Below, one piece after another: positions 18,990-28,903 of a stretch of 64,000 nucleotides of DNA; positions within the stretch are counted from its first letter, which is position 1, and the number at the start of each line of letters is the position of its first letter. Both the position numbers and the translations under genes were made by a program. Where the stretch lies: positions 42,986-106,985 of the forward strand of contig CAZFDK010000004.1 in the NCBI GenBank assembly GCA_964518305.1. Reading direction: 5' to 3'. The DNA comes from an uncultured Gemmatimonadota bacterium (lineage in GTDB: Bacteria > Gemmatimonadota > Gemmatimonadetes > Palauibacterales > Palauibacteraceae). The notes below the pieces were generated by a model. That model was given only the letters and a program-made list of their open reading frames with translations. It had not been told where the DNA came from and searched no databases.

Positions 18990-20005
18990 TGGACCGGAAT
19001 CAGCAGGGCGGGCCGGCTCTGTTCTCGCTGGAGGCGAGCCGGGAGTTCGGCGAGTCCGTGGCCGAGCGCATCGGGATGGAGCTCGCAGAGCACGAGGAGC
19101 GATCCTTCGAGGACGGCGAGCACAAGACCAGGCCCCTGGTCCACGTCCGCGACCGGGACGTCTATGTGGTCCAGTCCCTGTACGGGGAGCCGGGGGAGAC
19201 GGTGAACGACAAGCTCTGCCGGCTCCTCTTCTTCCTCGGATCCCTGCGGGACGCGGGCGCCGGCCGTCTCACGGCGGTCCTCCCGTACCTCTGCTATGCG
19301 CGGAAGGACCGGAAGACCAAGCCCCGTGATCCGATCACGACCCGGTACGTGGCCGGCCTGCTCGAGTCCGTGGGCGTCGACCGGGTGGTCGCCCTGGACG
19401 TCCACAACATGGCGGCCTTCCAGAACGCGTACCGGAACCCCACGGTCCACCTGGAGGCCCGCCCCGTGCTGGCCGACCACTTCCTCGCCGAGGTCGGCCG
19501 GGACACCGACCTGACCGTGGTCTCCCCGGACGCCGGCGGTGCCAAGCGCGCCCAGGCCCTGCGGGAGACGCTGCAGGACCGCCTCGGCCGGGAGCTGCCG
19601 CTGGCCTTCCTCGAGAAGCGCAGGAGCTGGGGCCAGGTCTCCGGCGGGACCCTGGTCGGCGAGGTGGACGGAAGGGCGGCGCTGCTGCTGGACGACCTGG
19701 TGAGCACCGGCACCACCCTGGTCCGGGCGGCGCGGGCGTGCCGGGAGGCCGGCGCCCGTGAAGTCCGCGCGGCGGCCACGCACGGGCTCTTCGTCGGCGA
19801 CGCCGAGGAGAGGCTGTCGGACCCGGCCCTGGACAGCGTGGCCGTGACGGACTCCGTGCCGCCCTTTCGTCTCTCGGAGCGGTTCGTGGAACGCAGGCTC
19901 AGCGTGGTGAGCGTGGCGGGGCTGCTGGCCGAGACGGTGCGTCGGCTCCAGGCCGGGGAATCGGTCGTGGAGATCCAGGACCCCACGGACACGGCTCCGC
20001 GCTAG
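18986..20005 (+). CDS. prs: Ribose-phosphate pyrophosphokinase
   Basis: [47 protein letters not shown]. Confidence 0.9.
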   Translation: MMDRNQQGGPALFSLEASREFGESVAERIGMELAEHEERSFEDGEHKTRPLVHVRDRDVYVVQSLYGEPGETVNDKLCRLLFFLGSLRDAGAGRLTAVLPYLCYARKDRKTKPRDPITTRYVAGLLESVGVDRVVALDVHNMAAFQNAYRNPTVHLEARPVLADHFLAEVGRDTDLTVVSPDAGGAKRAQALRETLQDRLGRELPLAFLEKRRSWGQVSGGTLVGEVDGRAALLLDDLVSTGTTLVRAARACREAGAREVRAAATHGLFVGDAEERLSDPALDSVAVTDSVPPFRLSERFVERRLSVVSVAGLLAETVRRLQAGESVVEIQDPTDTAPR

Positions 20006-20024
20006 GATCCGGGATCGACCTCCC

Positions 20025-21047
20025 TCAGAGCGGCATCTGGGCGGCGGCCAGATCCAGGTACTTCGTGGCGCGAGTGCGCCACGGCTCGAGGTCCGACACG
20101 CCGTCGTCCCGCACGTGCCAGATGCTGAGCTTCGCCCGCAGGTAGGCCCGGTGGCTGCGGTAGAAGTCCACGAGCTCGGAGGGCGGGTCGTCTCCCGTCG
20201 CCGACCGATACTCCTCGAAGAAGGGAGTCGCCACTCCCGGTGAACCGAGCCGCCGACACTCCATGTCCAGGAAGGCCAGCTCGTCCGCCGGATCGACGAT
20301 ACGGAAGGCGCGGTTGAACTCGATGCAGTCGATGAACACCGGATCGTCGCGGAGACACACGTGCTCGGGGCGCAGGTCGCCGTGTCCCTCCACGATGCGG
20401 GCGTCCCGGACCCGGGCCCGGAACTCCTCCTCCCGGTCGACCGCCAGGAATCGGGCCAGCAGCCGCCCGACCTGCTCGGCGCGCGGGCGGGGCATCTCGT
20501 ACTCCGGTCGGGTAAGCTCCCGCCGGTTCTCCTCCACCAGGGCCTGGAGCTGCTGGACGTATTCCTCGGGACCGACCGAAGCCGGAGGCTCGTCCCGGTA
20601 GAAGCGGGCCAGCCGGCGGGCGGCGGCCTGGAGATGATCCTCGTCCACCTCGCCGCGCTCAATCATCCGGTCCAGCATCCGCTCGCGGGGCAGCCGCTTC
20701 ATGCGCGTGAGCCAGTCCATCGGTCGGCCGTCGCCGTCCAGCTCGAGCTCGCCGTCCCGGAGGGTGAGGGCCGAGACGCCGAGGTAGACGTCCGGCGCCA
20801 GACGCCGGTTGAGCCGAACCTCGGCGCGGCAGTCCTCCCGTCTCTTCTCGGCGGTGGAGAAATCGAGGAACTCGTAGCGGACGGGCTTCTTGAGCTTGTA
20901 GACCCGGTCTCCGGCCAGGAAGACCCACGACATGTGGGTCTCGAGGCTCTCGACTCCGTCGACTTCACGCGGATAGCTCTCGGGTCGGTCCAGGAAGGCG
21001 ACTTTCTCCTCGAGAGTGGGGGATACCGTCGGCTCGGCCGGTGTCAT
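20025..21047 (-). CDS. APH/kinase-like protein (Rv2004c N-terminal domain type), without AAA domain
   Basis: ETHMSWVFL, YKLKKPV..FLDFST, EVRLNRRLAP, HGDLRPEHV, IDCIEFN. Confidence 0.85.
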   Translation of the reverse strand: MTPAEPTVSPTLEEKVAFLDRPESYPREVDGVESLETHMSWVFLAGDRVYKLKKPVRYEFLDFSTAEKRREDCRAEVRLNRRLAPDVYLGVSALTLRDGELELDGDGRPMDWLTRMKRLPRERMLDRMIERGEVDEDHLQAAARRLARFYRDEPPASVGPEEYVQQLQALVEENRRELTRPEYEMPRPRAEQVGRLLARFLAVDREEEFRARVRDARIVEGHGDLRPEHVCLRDDPVFIDCIEFNRAFRIVDPADELAFLDMECRRLGSPGVATPFFEEYRSATGDDPPSELVDFYRSHRAYLRAKLSIWHVRDDGVSDLEPWRTRATKYLDLAAAQMPL

Positions 21048-21052
21048 GGGGG

Positions 21053-21748
21053 CTATTCGTGGCTCCCCGGGCTGCCCAGGTGCCGGGCGAACCAGTCCCG
21101 GGCGAGCCCGGCCACCTGCTCCAGCTCTCCCTCCCCCCGGAAGAGGTGACCGGCCCCGGGCACCACCTCGAGCCCGGCCTCGCAGCTCATCCGCTCCAGC
21201 GCCTCGCGGTTCAGCTCCAGCACCGTGTGGTCCTCCCCTCCGACGATGAACAGGGAGGGGGCCTGCAACCGCTCCAGGTCCTCCTCCGCCAGGTCGACCC
21301 GGCCGCCGCGGGACACCACCGCCCCGGTGGCCTCCGGCCGCCGGGCCGCCGCCTTCAGCGCCGCGGCCGCGCCGGTGCTGGACCCGAAATAGCCGTAGTC
21401 CAGGTCCGAGGTGTCACTGTAGTCGCTGGCCCAGTCGATGGCGCCCACCAGGCGCCGGGTGAGCAGATCGATGTCGAAGCGGTACTCCCGAGTCCGCACG
21501 TCGACCCTTTCCTCCTCCTCGGTGAGCAGGTCGAAGAGCAGGGTCGCCAGGCCCCCGGTATGGAGCTGGCGGGCCACATAACGGTTCCGGGGGCTGAAGC
21601 GGCTGCTACCGCTGCCGTGAGCGAAGATGACCAGGCCCGCCGCCCCGTCGGGAACGGACAGGTCGCCCTCCAGCTCGACGTCGGCTGTCCGGACATCGAC
21701 GTGCTCGCCCAGCGGCTCCTCGCTCTCCGTCTGCCGATTCGGCGGCAT
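21053..21748 (-). CDS. Dienelactone hydrolase-like alpha/beta hydrolase (Rv0571c C-domain type)
   Basis: FAHGSGSSRFSPRN, GYFGSSTGAAAAL, VVSRGGRVDLA, VPGAGHLF. Confidence 0.88.
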   Translation of the reverse strand: MPPNRQTESEEPLGEHVDVRTADVELEGDLSVPDGAAGLVIFAHGSGSSRFSPRNRYVARQLHTGGLATLLFDLLTEEEERVDVRTREYRFDIDLLTRRLVGAIDWASDYSDTSDLDYGYFGSSTGAAAALKAAARRPEATGAVVSRGGRVDLAEEDLERLQAPSLFIVGGEDHTVLELNREALERMSCEAGLEVVPGAGHLFRGEGELEQVAGLARDWFARHLGSPGSHE

Positions 21749-21827
21749 GCCGCGTCCCTCCCGTCGGTCGGATGCTGCATCTGTTCTCAGTTGCTGCCCG
21801 CTCGACAACTTCCGGACTGCCGTCGCC

Positions 21828-22304
21828 TCAGTCGTCCGAGGGGCGCGAGAACGGGAGCGCTACGGGCTCGGCCAGCTCGAGGTAATCGTCGAGGCGCATC
21901 CGTACGGCCGTCTCGTGGTCACCGGCGTGGAAGGCGACATATTCGTCGTCCCGAAGGGTCTCGTCGAGAACGGTCTTCTGTCCGTACAGCACGCCGAAGG
22001 GCGGCATCGCCCCCACCTCACTGTCGGGATACAGGTTCTCGAACTCGTCCTCCTCCATCAGCTCCGCCGAAGAGGCTGCCGTCGCCTCGACCAGCGCGGC
22101 CAGGTCGACCTCGCGGTGAGCGGGCAACGCCAGCAAGACCGGCTCACCGTCGAGCAGAGCGGCCACGGTCTTCATCCAGTTCTTGCCCGGGACGTGCGTG
22201 GCGGCGGCCTCCTCCTGGGCCGTGTAGGCCGGCGTATGCTCCAGGATCTCGAAGTCGACGTCGGAATCCTCGAGCGCTCGCTCGAGGCGTTCTGCGATGG
22301 CCAT
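21828..22304 (-). CDS. YbaK/EbsC (aminoacyl-tRNA deacylase) family protein
   Basis: HTPAYTAQEEA, KTV, GAMPPFG, AFHAGDH. Confidence 0.85.
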   Translation of the reverse strand: MAIAERLERALEDSDVDFEILEHTPAYTAQEEAAATHVPGKNWMKTVAALLDGEPVLLALPAHREVDLAALVEATAASSAELMEEDEFENLYPDSEVGAMPPFGVLYGQKTVLDETLRDDEYVAFHAGDHETAVRMRLDDYLELAEPVALPFSRPSDD

Positions 22305-22347
22305 CTTTGTCTCCCGTGGTTCGACGTGTCGAAGGCGGGTGGGGCGG

Positions 22348-23394
22348 CTACTCCGGTCCGAGAAAGGGATATCGCTCACGTTCTTCGCGTTCCAGGACGG
22401 CGATGCCGGCCCGGGTGGAGATCGTCTCGACCACCACCATGAGGTCGGGGTCGTCGAAGTCCACGGTGGCGGACTCGCCCCTGCGCTCCAGCTCGTCCAG
22501 GATCTCCGCCCCCAGGAACTCCTCCTCTTCGTGGGACGAAATGCGACCCTCGAAGCCGTGTCGGTGGATCCGGACGTGAAAGGACCGGTCGGCAAGCACC
22601 TCGATCCGGTCGAAGATCAGGCGGAGGGCGCCGGCCTCGAACTCCTCGGCCGAGTGGAACACGAACCGCTCCTCCACCGGGATCACGTGCGAGATCACGT
22701 CCTCGCCGAGAGACGGCTCCTCGGCCATCAGCTCCGAGAGGCGCTCCAGGAATTCGGAGGGCGAGGCGGCTCGGACCAGCACGACGTTCTCGTACGGACT
22801 GTGGCCGATCCGGACGTCGTCGATCTCGGTCAGGACCTCTGTGGCACGCCCGTAGCCGTCCGGGTGGACGGTGACCACGGCATTCCAGTCACGGGCCACG
22901 CTGATCTCTGTTTCCCCGCCGGCCTCGGCCGCTGTATGGCCGCCGGCACGAGTGGCAGCGACCGGTGTGGTCCACAGATCACGCATCTCCCGGGGAAGGA
23001 GGGCCACCACGTCCTGTAGCTCGCCGGCGGACACGTGACGGGCCAGGACGTCGAACACGGACCGGGCCGCGTGCTCCACGTCGGCCCCCGGTACCGAGAC
23101 GTGGAGCTCCTCGGCGATGCGCTCCAGGAAGGCCTCCCGGTCCCGGAGACGAAGCGGAGTAGTGGCGGACCGCCAGCCCGAGTAGTACGCCCCGGCGAGG
23201 ATCATGGGGAGCTGCTCTCCGAGATGGACGGCTTCCTGGTTCGGAAGCCGGTCCCGCAGTGCGTGCAGCACCGCCCGGAACGCCGCGTAGGCATGCCTCC
23301 GGTCTTCCCAGCCCAGCGTGTCCTGGAGGTCCTTCAGCCAGGTGTTGGCGGCGTGTACCGCGCGGTCGAAGACGGCGAAGCCGGTGAACGCCAA
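22348..23394 (-). CDS. DUF2267 domain fused to a C-terminal THUMP-like domain
   Basis: N-half NTWLKDL...AFRAVLHALRDRL...QLPMIL; C-half WNAVVT...SFHVRIHRHG...VDFDDPDLMVVVET...YPFL; single uninterrupted frame. Confidence 0.75.
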   Translation of the reverse strand: MAFTGFAVFDRAVHAANTWLKDLQDTLGWEDRRHAYAAFRAVLHALRDRLPNQEAVHLGEQLPMILAGAYYSGWRSATTPLRLRDREAFLERIAEELHVSVPGADVEHAARSVFDVLARHVSAGELQDVVALLPREMRDLWTTPVAATRAGGHTAAEAGGETEISVARDWNAVVTVHPDGYGRATEVLTEIDDVRIGHSPYENVVLVRAASPSEFLERLSELMAEEPSLGEDVISHVIPVEERFVFHSAEEFEAGALRLIFDRIEVLADRSFHVRIHRHGFEGRISSHEEEEFLGAEILDELERRGESATVDFDDPDLMVVVETISTRAGIAVLEREERERYPFLGPE

Positions 23395-23455
23395 TGGACT
23401 CAGACCTCCTCCGCGGAAGTGAAAGTCGTGGCCTGCACGTGGTTCTTCTCCGGAA

Positions 23456-23483
23456 GCTCACTGGAGTGAGCCAGAAGCTCACT
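23456..23483. repeat. Three alternating copies of GCTCACT (inverted/direct repeat)
   Basis: GCTCACT-gg-AGTGAGC-cagaa-GCTCACT at 23456-62, 23465-71, 23477-83. Confidence 0.7.
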
Positions 23484-23487
23484 CGAC

Positions 23488-23556
23488 AACGTGAACTGGT
23501 AGTGCCCCGCGTGCTGTCGGGAGGATTGCGGTCGGGGAAGTGGGGAAAAGGGAGGG
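23488..23556 (-). promoter_or_regulatory. Phased-box promoter of DUF2267-THUMP / ybaK
   Basis: Minus-strand box ends CCCACT (23544>39) and CCCGAC (23521>16); CACGTT at 23493>88; gaps 45 and 22 nt. Confidence 0.65.
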
Positions 23557-23708
23557 TGGGCGCGCCGTGCGGTCGCCGCCCGTGGGACGGGTGGGCCCGC
23601 GCCGGGAGCCCCCTTGCGGAAGCCCCGCAGGCGGCGGTGCGGTGGCGCGCACGGCCGCGGCGCCGACGGCCTACGGCTCCTGTCGCTCCGTCCGTGACGG
23701 GCCGTCGG

Positions 23709-25703
23709 TCAGACGCCCCACAGCGCCGCTATTCCGACGGTGGTGGCGACGGCCAGCAACAGCTGAAGGGGAGCACCTGCGACGACGTAGTCCCGGAAGC
23801 GGTATCCCCCGGGCGTGTAGACCAGGAGGTTGGTCTGGTACCCGATGGGCGTCATGAAGGCCGTGCTCGCGCCGAACGTGACGGCCAGCAGGAAGGAGAA
23901 GGGCTCACCGCCGACCCGGGCGGCCGCGTCGAGGGCCACCGGAATCATGAGCACCACCGCGGCGTTGTTGCTGATGACGTTGGTCAGAGCCGCCGTCAAC
24001 AGATAGAAGATTCCCAGGATGACAATCGGCGAGAGGCCCGCCGTCGCCGCCAGGACGAGGTCCGCCAGGTAGCCCGCGGCTCCCGTGCGCTCCATGGCCA
24101 GACCGAGCGGAAGGATACCCGCCAGCAGGAAGACGATGTCCCAGCTCACGGATCGATACGCTCGGGCGGTCGTCAGGCTTCCGGTGAGCACGAGGGCGAC
24201 CACCCCCGCCAGGGCCGCGATGTAGATGGGCCATACGCCCGCGGCTGCACTGACGACGACGGCGGCGAGTATCGCGATGGGTAGGGCGGGAGGTCGTTCT
24301 CCCCGCCGGGGGCGAGCCTCCCAGGACCGGGGCGTGCGGGCTCCGCCGCCGATGGTCGCACCCGGCGTGCCGGGCCGGGCGGCTTCCGCAGGATCGGCCG
24401 GCGTCACCTGCGTGACGGCGAGTCCCGGCTCGGCCTCGAGAACCGGTGCCTTCTCACGGGTGACCAGGACGAGGAGGGAATCGCCCTCCCGCAGCTCAGC
24501 CGTCTCGATCCGATCCCGAATCACCGTGTCACCACGCTGCAGCCCGAGGACGGTCCCGGTATATCGATCCCGGAACTGCGCCGACACGAGGGTCTGTCCG
24601 TCGAGCTCAGACTCGGGCGCCAGCGTCACCTCGAGGAGCGTGTGTCCCGGGTCCACGAAGCTGCGATCGGTGACCTTCTGGAGGCGACGGGGCTCGAGGC
24701 GATTCTCGCGGCAGAACGCCTCCAGGTCGCGCGGCCCGGCACGGAGGACGAGAGTGTCTCCCGCGCGCATCGCCTGGTCCGTGCCCGGAGCCTGAAAGGT
24801 CTCGCCGTCTCGCACGATCTGCAGGACGTCCAGGTCGTACTCCTCGCCCGGCTCGAGGTCGTGGAGACGGAGGCCGACGAGGGGAGAGTCCTCCGGGATG
24901 GAGGCACGGCCGAGGTAGTCCCTCATCCGGAACTTCTCCGTGAGATCCTCCTCCGGCCGAACCCGCTCCGGGACCAGCCGCCAGCCGACGAGCATCAGGT
25001 AGGAGCCGCCGACGAGCAGGACGAAGGCGCCGAGGGCGGTGAACTCGAACAACCCGATGGGGTGCCCGAGCAGGCGTCCGGACAGGTCGGAGGCGAGGAG
25101 GCTCGTCGACGTGCCGATCACCGTGAGCATGCCCCCCATCATGGACACGAACGAAAGGGGTATGAGGAGGCGGGACGGAGAGCTCCGGGCCCGCCGGCTC
25201 ATCGCGGTGATCGCCGGAATGAGCACGCTCACGAGCGGCGTGTTGTTCACGAATCCGGCGGGCAACCCTCCCATCAGGAGGGTTGCCCCGAGACGGCGGG
25301 CTGGACTGGTCCGCGTGGCTCGGGCCAGTCGCCGCCCCAGCTTCTCCATGACTCCGGTGGCCCGGACTCCCTCGCTCAGGATGAACATGGCGAGAACGGT
25401 GATGGTGGCCGGGCTCGCGAAGCCGGAGATCGCCTCCTGCGGAGTGACCGTCGTCCAGCGACCGAGGGCGGCCAGGAGCACGGCGACCGCGAGCGCGACG
25501 ATCTCGTTCGGCACCCGGTCCGTGGCGAAGAGGATCCCGGCCAGCAGAACCAGGCCGAAGACGACCGCGATGGACGGGGTCAACGGAGAATTCGGCTCGG
25601 GCGTCGGTCTGGGCTCATCGCGTGAACGGCCTGCATCCAGGGCGACCGGCGTCGCCGGATGCCGACCGCATCCGCTTCCGGGGCCGGCCTGAGGACGGGG
25701 CAC
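23709..25703 (-). CDS. SLC13 family permease with TrkA-C domains (start may be TTG at 25583)
   Basis: SGFASPA, GFVNNTP, LIPLSF..MMGG.LT.IGTS, two RCK_C-like repeats, ISNNA, FMTPIGYQTN, PGGYRFRDY. Confidence 0.9.
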   Translation of the reverse strand: MPRPQAGPGSGCGRHPATPVALDAGRSRDEPRPTPEPNSPLTPSIAVVFGLVLLAGILFATDRVPNEIVALAVAVLLAALGRWTTVTPQEAISGFASPATITVLAMFILSEGVRATGVMEKLGRRLARATRTSPARRLGATLLMGGLPAGFVNNTPLVSVLIPAITAMSRRARSSPSRLLIPLSFVSMMGGMLTVIGTSTSLLASDLSGRLLGHPIGLFEFTALGAFVLLVGGSYLMLVGWRLVPERVRPEEDLTEKFRMRDYLGRASIPEDSPLVGLRLHDLEPGEEYDLDVLQIVRDGETFQAPGTDQAMRAGDTLVLRAGPRDLEAFCRENRLEPRRLQKVTDRSFVDPGHTLLEVTLAPESELDGQTLVSAQFRDRYTGTVLGLQRGDTVIRDRIETAELREGDSLLVLVTREKAPVLEAEPGLAVTQVTPADPAEAARPGTPGATIGGGARTPRSWEARPRRGERPPALPIAILAAVVVSAAAGVWPIYIAALAGVVALVLTGSLTTARAYRSVSWDIVFLLAGILPLGLAMERTGAAGYLADLVLAATAGLSPIVILGIFYLLTAALTNVISNNAAVVLMIPVALDAAARVGGEPFSFLLAVTFGASTAFMTPIGYQTNLLVYTPGGYRFRDYVVAGAPLQLLLAVATTVGIAALWGV

Positions 25704-25919
25704 CCGGAAGACTCATCGGCAGTCGCCCGATCGGGTGAGCCCATTTCCGAGCTGGAACCGCTCCGGGAGGGCCCGGGGGACCGTATCGACGGCCGCGAGC
25801 AGGGGCCTGGTTCGGCTGCTTGCATTCGGACAGGACTCTCCTCGCTCGCAGGATGGCCTCCCGTTCGTGTCCCGGCAGGACCGGTCTCGTCGCACCGAGT
25901 GCACACGACGCACCCGTCA

Positions 25920-25988
25920 AAGCTGTCGAGGCGGGACGCGGGCTGCTGTGGGGAGCAGCACGTAGAGCCGGGTGGGGAAACGGCGGAG
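25920..25988 (-). promoter_or_regulatory. Phased-box promoter of the SLC13 permease
   Basis: Minus-strand CCCACC (25976>71) and CCCACA (25952>47); CAGCTT at 25925>20; gaps 45 and 21 nt. Confidence 0.55.
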
Positions 25989-26022
25989 GCCCGGACACGG
26001 ACCCGGTTGCAGCACGTGTCGA

Positions 26023-26090
26023 GGCGAACTCTTCCCCACGCGGCCGTGGTCCAGCTCACCACAGACCCGACCGGCGCGCGGCCGTAGTAT
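26023..26090 (+). promoter_or_regulatory. Phased-box promoter of the DUF72 to SAM-synthetase run
   Basis: Box ends CCCACG (26035-40) and ACCACA (26058-63); TAGTAT at 26085-90 (overlapping TATGAT); gaps 44 and 21 nt. Confidence 0.65.
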
Positions 26091-26203
26091 GATTCCGAGC
26101 TCGGATCCGAAGGCGATCCGCGCTGCAGCCGGTTCGATCGATCCAGCGGTTCGGGCGCTTTCCGTGACGAGCCGGCTCAGCGCAGCGAACACGGGAGACG
26201 CCG

Positions 26204-26935
26204 ATGGCCAGGTTCAGAGTCGGGACCTCGGGGTACGACTATCCGCACTGGGAGGACGGCTTCTACCCGGACGAGCTGTCCGCCGAAGACCGCTTCGGCT
26301 ACTACGCCGAGCGGTTCGACACCGTGGAGATCAACAACACGTTCTACGGGTTGCCGGAGCCGTCGACCTTCCGCGACTGGCGGGACCGGGCACCCGAGGA
26401 CTTTCTCTACGTGCTCAAGTTCAGCCGATACGGCTCCCACCTGAAGCACCTGAAGGACCCGGAGTCCACCATCGGCAACTTCCTGGAAGCGGCCGGTGAG
26501 CTCGGCGACACGCTGGGGCCCATCCTGGTGCAGCTGCCGCCGTTCTGGAACGCCGATCCGGAGCGTCTCGACCAGTTCCTGGCGGCCGCTCCGGCGGACC
26601 GGAGGTGGGCCGTGGAGTTTCGCGACGAGAGCTGGCTCCGGGACGACGTCTTCGGCATCCTCCGCGATCGCGGAGCCGCCCTCTGCGTCCACGACATGCT
26701 GGAGGACCATCCCCGCCTAGCCACGACCGGCTGGGTGTACCTCCGCTTCCACGGCGTGCTGGCGGCGGAGCCCTACTCCCGCCAGTACCTGACGGCCCGT
26801 GCCGGGGAGGTGGCCCGACACCTGGACGCCGGCCGGGACGTCTTCGCTTTCTTCAACAACGATCCCGGGGGGCGTGCCGTGCGCGACGCCCTGGATCTCG
26901 GTCGATACGTGCGCAATCGCCGCGACGGCGAATGA
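26204..26935 (+). CDS. DUF72 (TIM-barrel) domain protein
   Basis: GTSGYDY..W...FYP, FDTVEINNTFY, LVQLPP, AVEFRD.SW, YLRFHG, FFNND. Confidence 0.92.
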   Translation: MARFRVGTSGYDYPHWEDGFYPDELSAEDRFGYYAERFDTVEINNTFYGLPEPSTFRDWRDRAPEDFLYVLKFSRYGSHLKHLKDPESTIGNFLEAAGELGDTLGPILVQLPPFWNADPERLDQFLAAAPADRRWAVEFRDESWLRDDVFGILRDRGAALCVHDMLEDHPRLATTGWVYLRFHGVLAAEPYSRQYLTARAGEVARHLDAGRDVFAFFNNDPGGRAVRDALDLGRYVRNRRDGE

Positions 26936-27585
26936 GCCGCGCCGTGGCAGCGGGCGAGGTCTTCGAGCAGCAGACGGAGCGCTACGAGGCATGGTTCGAG
27001 CGCCACCCGGCGGCCTACCGCTCCGAGCTCGCGGCCCTCCGCCGGGCCCTGCCGGCCACCGTGACCGCCGGACTCGAGGTGGGGGTGGGCACCGGGCGCT
27101 TCGCCGCACCGCTGGGCCTCCGGTTCGGGATCGACCCGTCGCCTTCCATGCTGAAGAGAGCGAGGGCGCGCGGAGTCTCGGTGGCGGGCGGCGTCGGCGA
27201 GGCGCTGCCGATCGGGGCAGGGACACACGACCTGGTGCTCATGGTCACCACGATCTGCTTTCTGGACGACCGGGAGAGGGCAGCCGAAGAGATGCGGCGC
27301 GTGTTGAGGCCCGGGGGAAGGGCGGTCGTCGGATTCGTCGACGGAGAGAGCCGCCTGGGCCGGCGCTACCGCGAGGAGCGGAGCGAGAACCCGTTCTATC
27401 GCGGCGCCCGCTTCGTCACGCCGGCGGAGGTTCGGCGCCTGCTCCGCTCCCACGGCTTCGGCGCTCTCGAGTCGTATCGGACGCTGCGGTCGGGGCCGGA
27501 AGAGCTCGTGGAGCCGGAGCCCGTGAGGGCCGGTTCCGGGGACGGGAGCTTCGTCGTCGCTACGGGCGTGCTGGGCGCGTCCTGA
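26932..27585 (+). CDS. Class I SAM-dependent methyltransferase (Rv2003c-like)
   Basis: LEVGVGTGRFA, GIDPS, GVGEALP, RRVLRPGG; ATGA overlap. Confidence 0.9.
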   Translation: MSRAVAAGEVFEQQTERYEAWFERHPAAYRSELAALRRALPATVTAGLEVGVGTGRFAAPLGLRFGIDPSPSMLKRARARGVSVAGGVGEALPIGAGTHDLVLMVTTICFLDDRERAAEEMRRVLRPGGRAVVGFVDGESRLGRRYREERSENPFYRGARFVTPAEVRRLLRSHGFGALESYRTLRSGPEELVEPEPVRAGSGDGSFVVATGVLGAS

Positions 27586-27742
27586 GCGGGTCCGGCGACC
27601 GCGTCGGACAGGCGCACTTGTCCCGCGTGCGCTCCATCGTCACGCTCTTCTCCCGGGGTTTGGAAGCAATCGGACCGACTGGAGATCAGCAGGGGGCACC
27701 CGGGACCTCGGACCAACGAACCACCGCCTCGAGGAGCCAGGC

Positions 27743-28903
27743 ATGCGCGGATTTCGGCTGGGACGGATCTTCGGGCTCGAGATCTCGGTCGATTTCTCGT
27801 GGCTCATCATCGTGGCCCTGGTGGTGTGGAGCTTCAGCACCGCCGTCTTCCCGCAGGCCGTGCCGGAGCTCTCCGGCCGCGCCTACCTGGTCATGGGCGT
27901 GGTGGCCGGCGTCCTGTTCTTCAGCTCTCTGCTCCTGCACGAGATCGCACACTCGCTGATGGCGCGGGCCAAGGGGGTGGAGGTGGAGGGCATCACGCTC
28001 TTCATCTTCGGCGGCGTCTCACGGATGAGGGACGAGGCGGGCAGCGCGCGCGACGAGTTTCTCATCGCCGGCGTCGGGCCCCTGGCGAGCCTGGTCATCG
28101 GCGCCGTCTTCTGGGTCCTGTTTCTCCTGGGAGACGCCCTCGGCTGGGGCGCGCCGGCCGTGGAAGTAGCGCGCTACCTGTCGTTCCTCAACGTGGCTCT
28201 GGCCGTGTTCAACCTGCTGCCGGGCTTCCCGCTGGACGGCGGTCGGCTGTTCAGAGCGGTGCTCTGGTGGTGGCGGGACGACCTGAAGGAGGCGACCCGA
28301 ATCGCCTCCCTGGGCGGACAGGCCCTCGGCGTGCTCATCGCCACCTTCGGCCTCCTGCAGCTCTTCGGCGGGAACCTGATCGGCGGTCTCTGGATGGGGG
28401 TTATCGGGTGGTTCCTGATGAACGCCGCGAAGATGAGCTACCGTCAGCACGTCCTCCGGGCGGGCCTGGAGGGCGCGACGGCCCGGGATGCCATGACCGC
28501 CGAACCCGAGGTCGTCTCCCCGTCCATCAGCGTCGGCAAGCTGGTGGAGGACCACTTCCTCCGCCAGAAGCACGGCTCCTATCCGGTGGTGGAGGACGGG
28601 AAGCCGGTGGGGCTGGTGACGCTGGAGGAGACGGGACAGGTGCCGCAGGACCGGTGGGACGCCACACGGGTGCGAGAGGTGATGATCCCGGCCGAGGAGG
28701 ACGTCATCGTCGGGCCGGACGAGGAGCTGTTCGAGGTGATCCGTAAGCTCGGCGATTCGCCGGCACGGCGGGTGCTGGTCGTGGGCGAGGGCGGGGACCT
28801 GGCGGGCATCGTGACCGCCCGCGACGTGACGACGTGGCTCGCCCTGAGAAGCGGAGGTCAGGCGCCGGCGCCCGAATCCCTCGCCGGCGGCGTGGGACGG
28901 TGA
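27743..28903 (+). CDS. Site-2 protease (M50) with C-terminal CBS pair (Rv2625c-like)
   Basis: LLHEIAH, FNLLPGFPLDGG, two CBS repeats. Confidence 0.93.
   Translation: MRGFRLGRIFGLEISVDFSWLIIVALVVWSFSTAVFPQAVPELSGRAYLVMGVVAGVLFFSSLLLHEIAHSLMARAKGVEVEGITLFIFGGVSRMRDEAGSARDEFLIAGVGPLASLVIGAVFWVLFLLGDALGWGAPAVEVARYLSFLNVALAVFNLLPGFPLDGGRLFRAVLWWWRDDLKEATRIASLGGQALGVLIATFGLLQLFGGNLIGGLWMGVIGWFLMNAAKMSYRQHVLRAGLEGATARDAMTAEPEVVSPSISVGKLVEDHFLRQKHGSYPVVEDGKPVGLVTLEETGQVPQDRWDATRVREVMIPAEEDVIVGPDEELFEVIRKLGDSPARRVLVVGEGGDLAGIVTARDVTTWLALRSGGQAPAPESLAGGVGR

Noticed and set aside
23398-23490. 29-aa peptide LSSELLAHSSELPEKNHVQATTFTSAEEV upstream of DUF2267
   Set aside because: Its TTG start overlaps the predicted -10 and has no SD; the internal repeat just reflects the DNA repeat.
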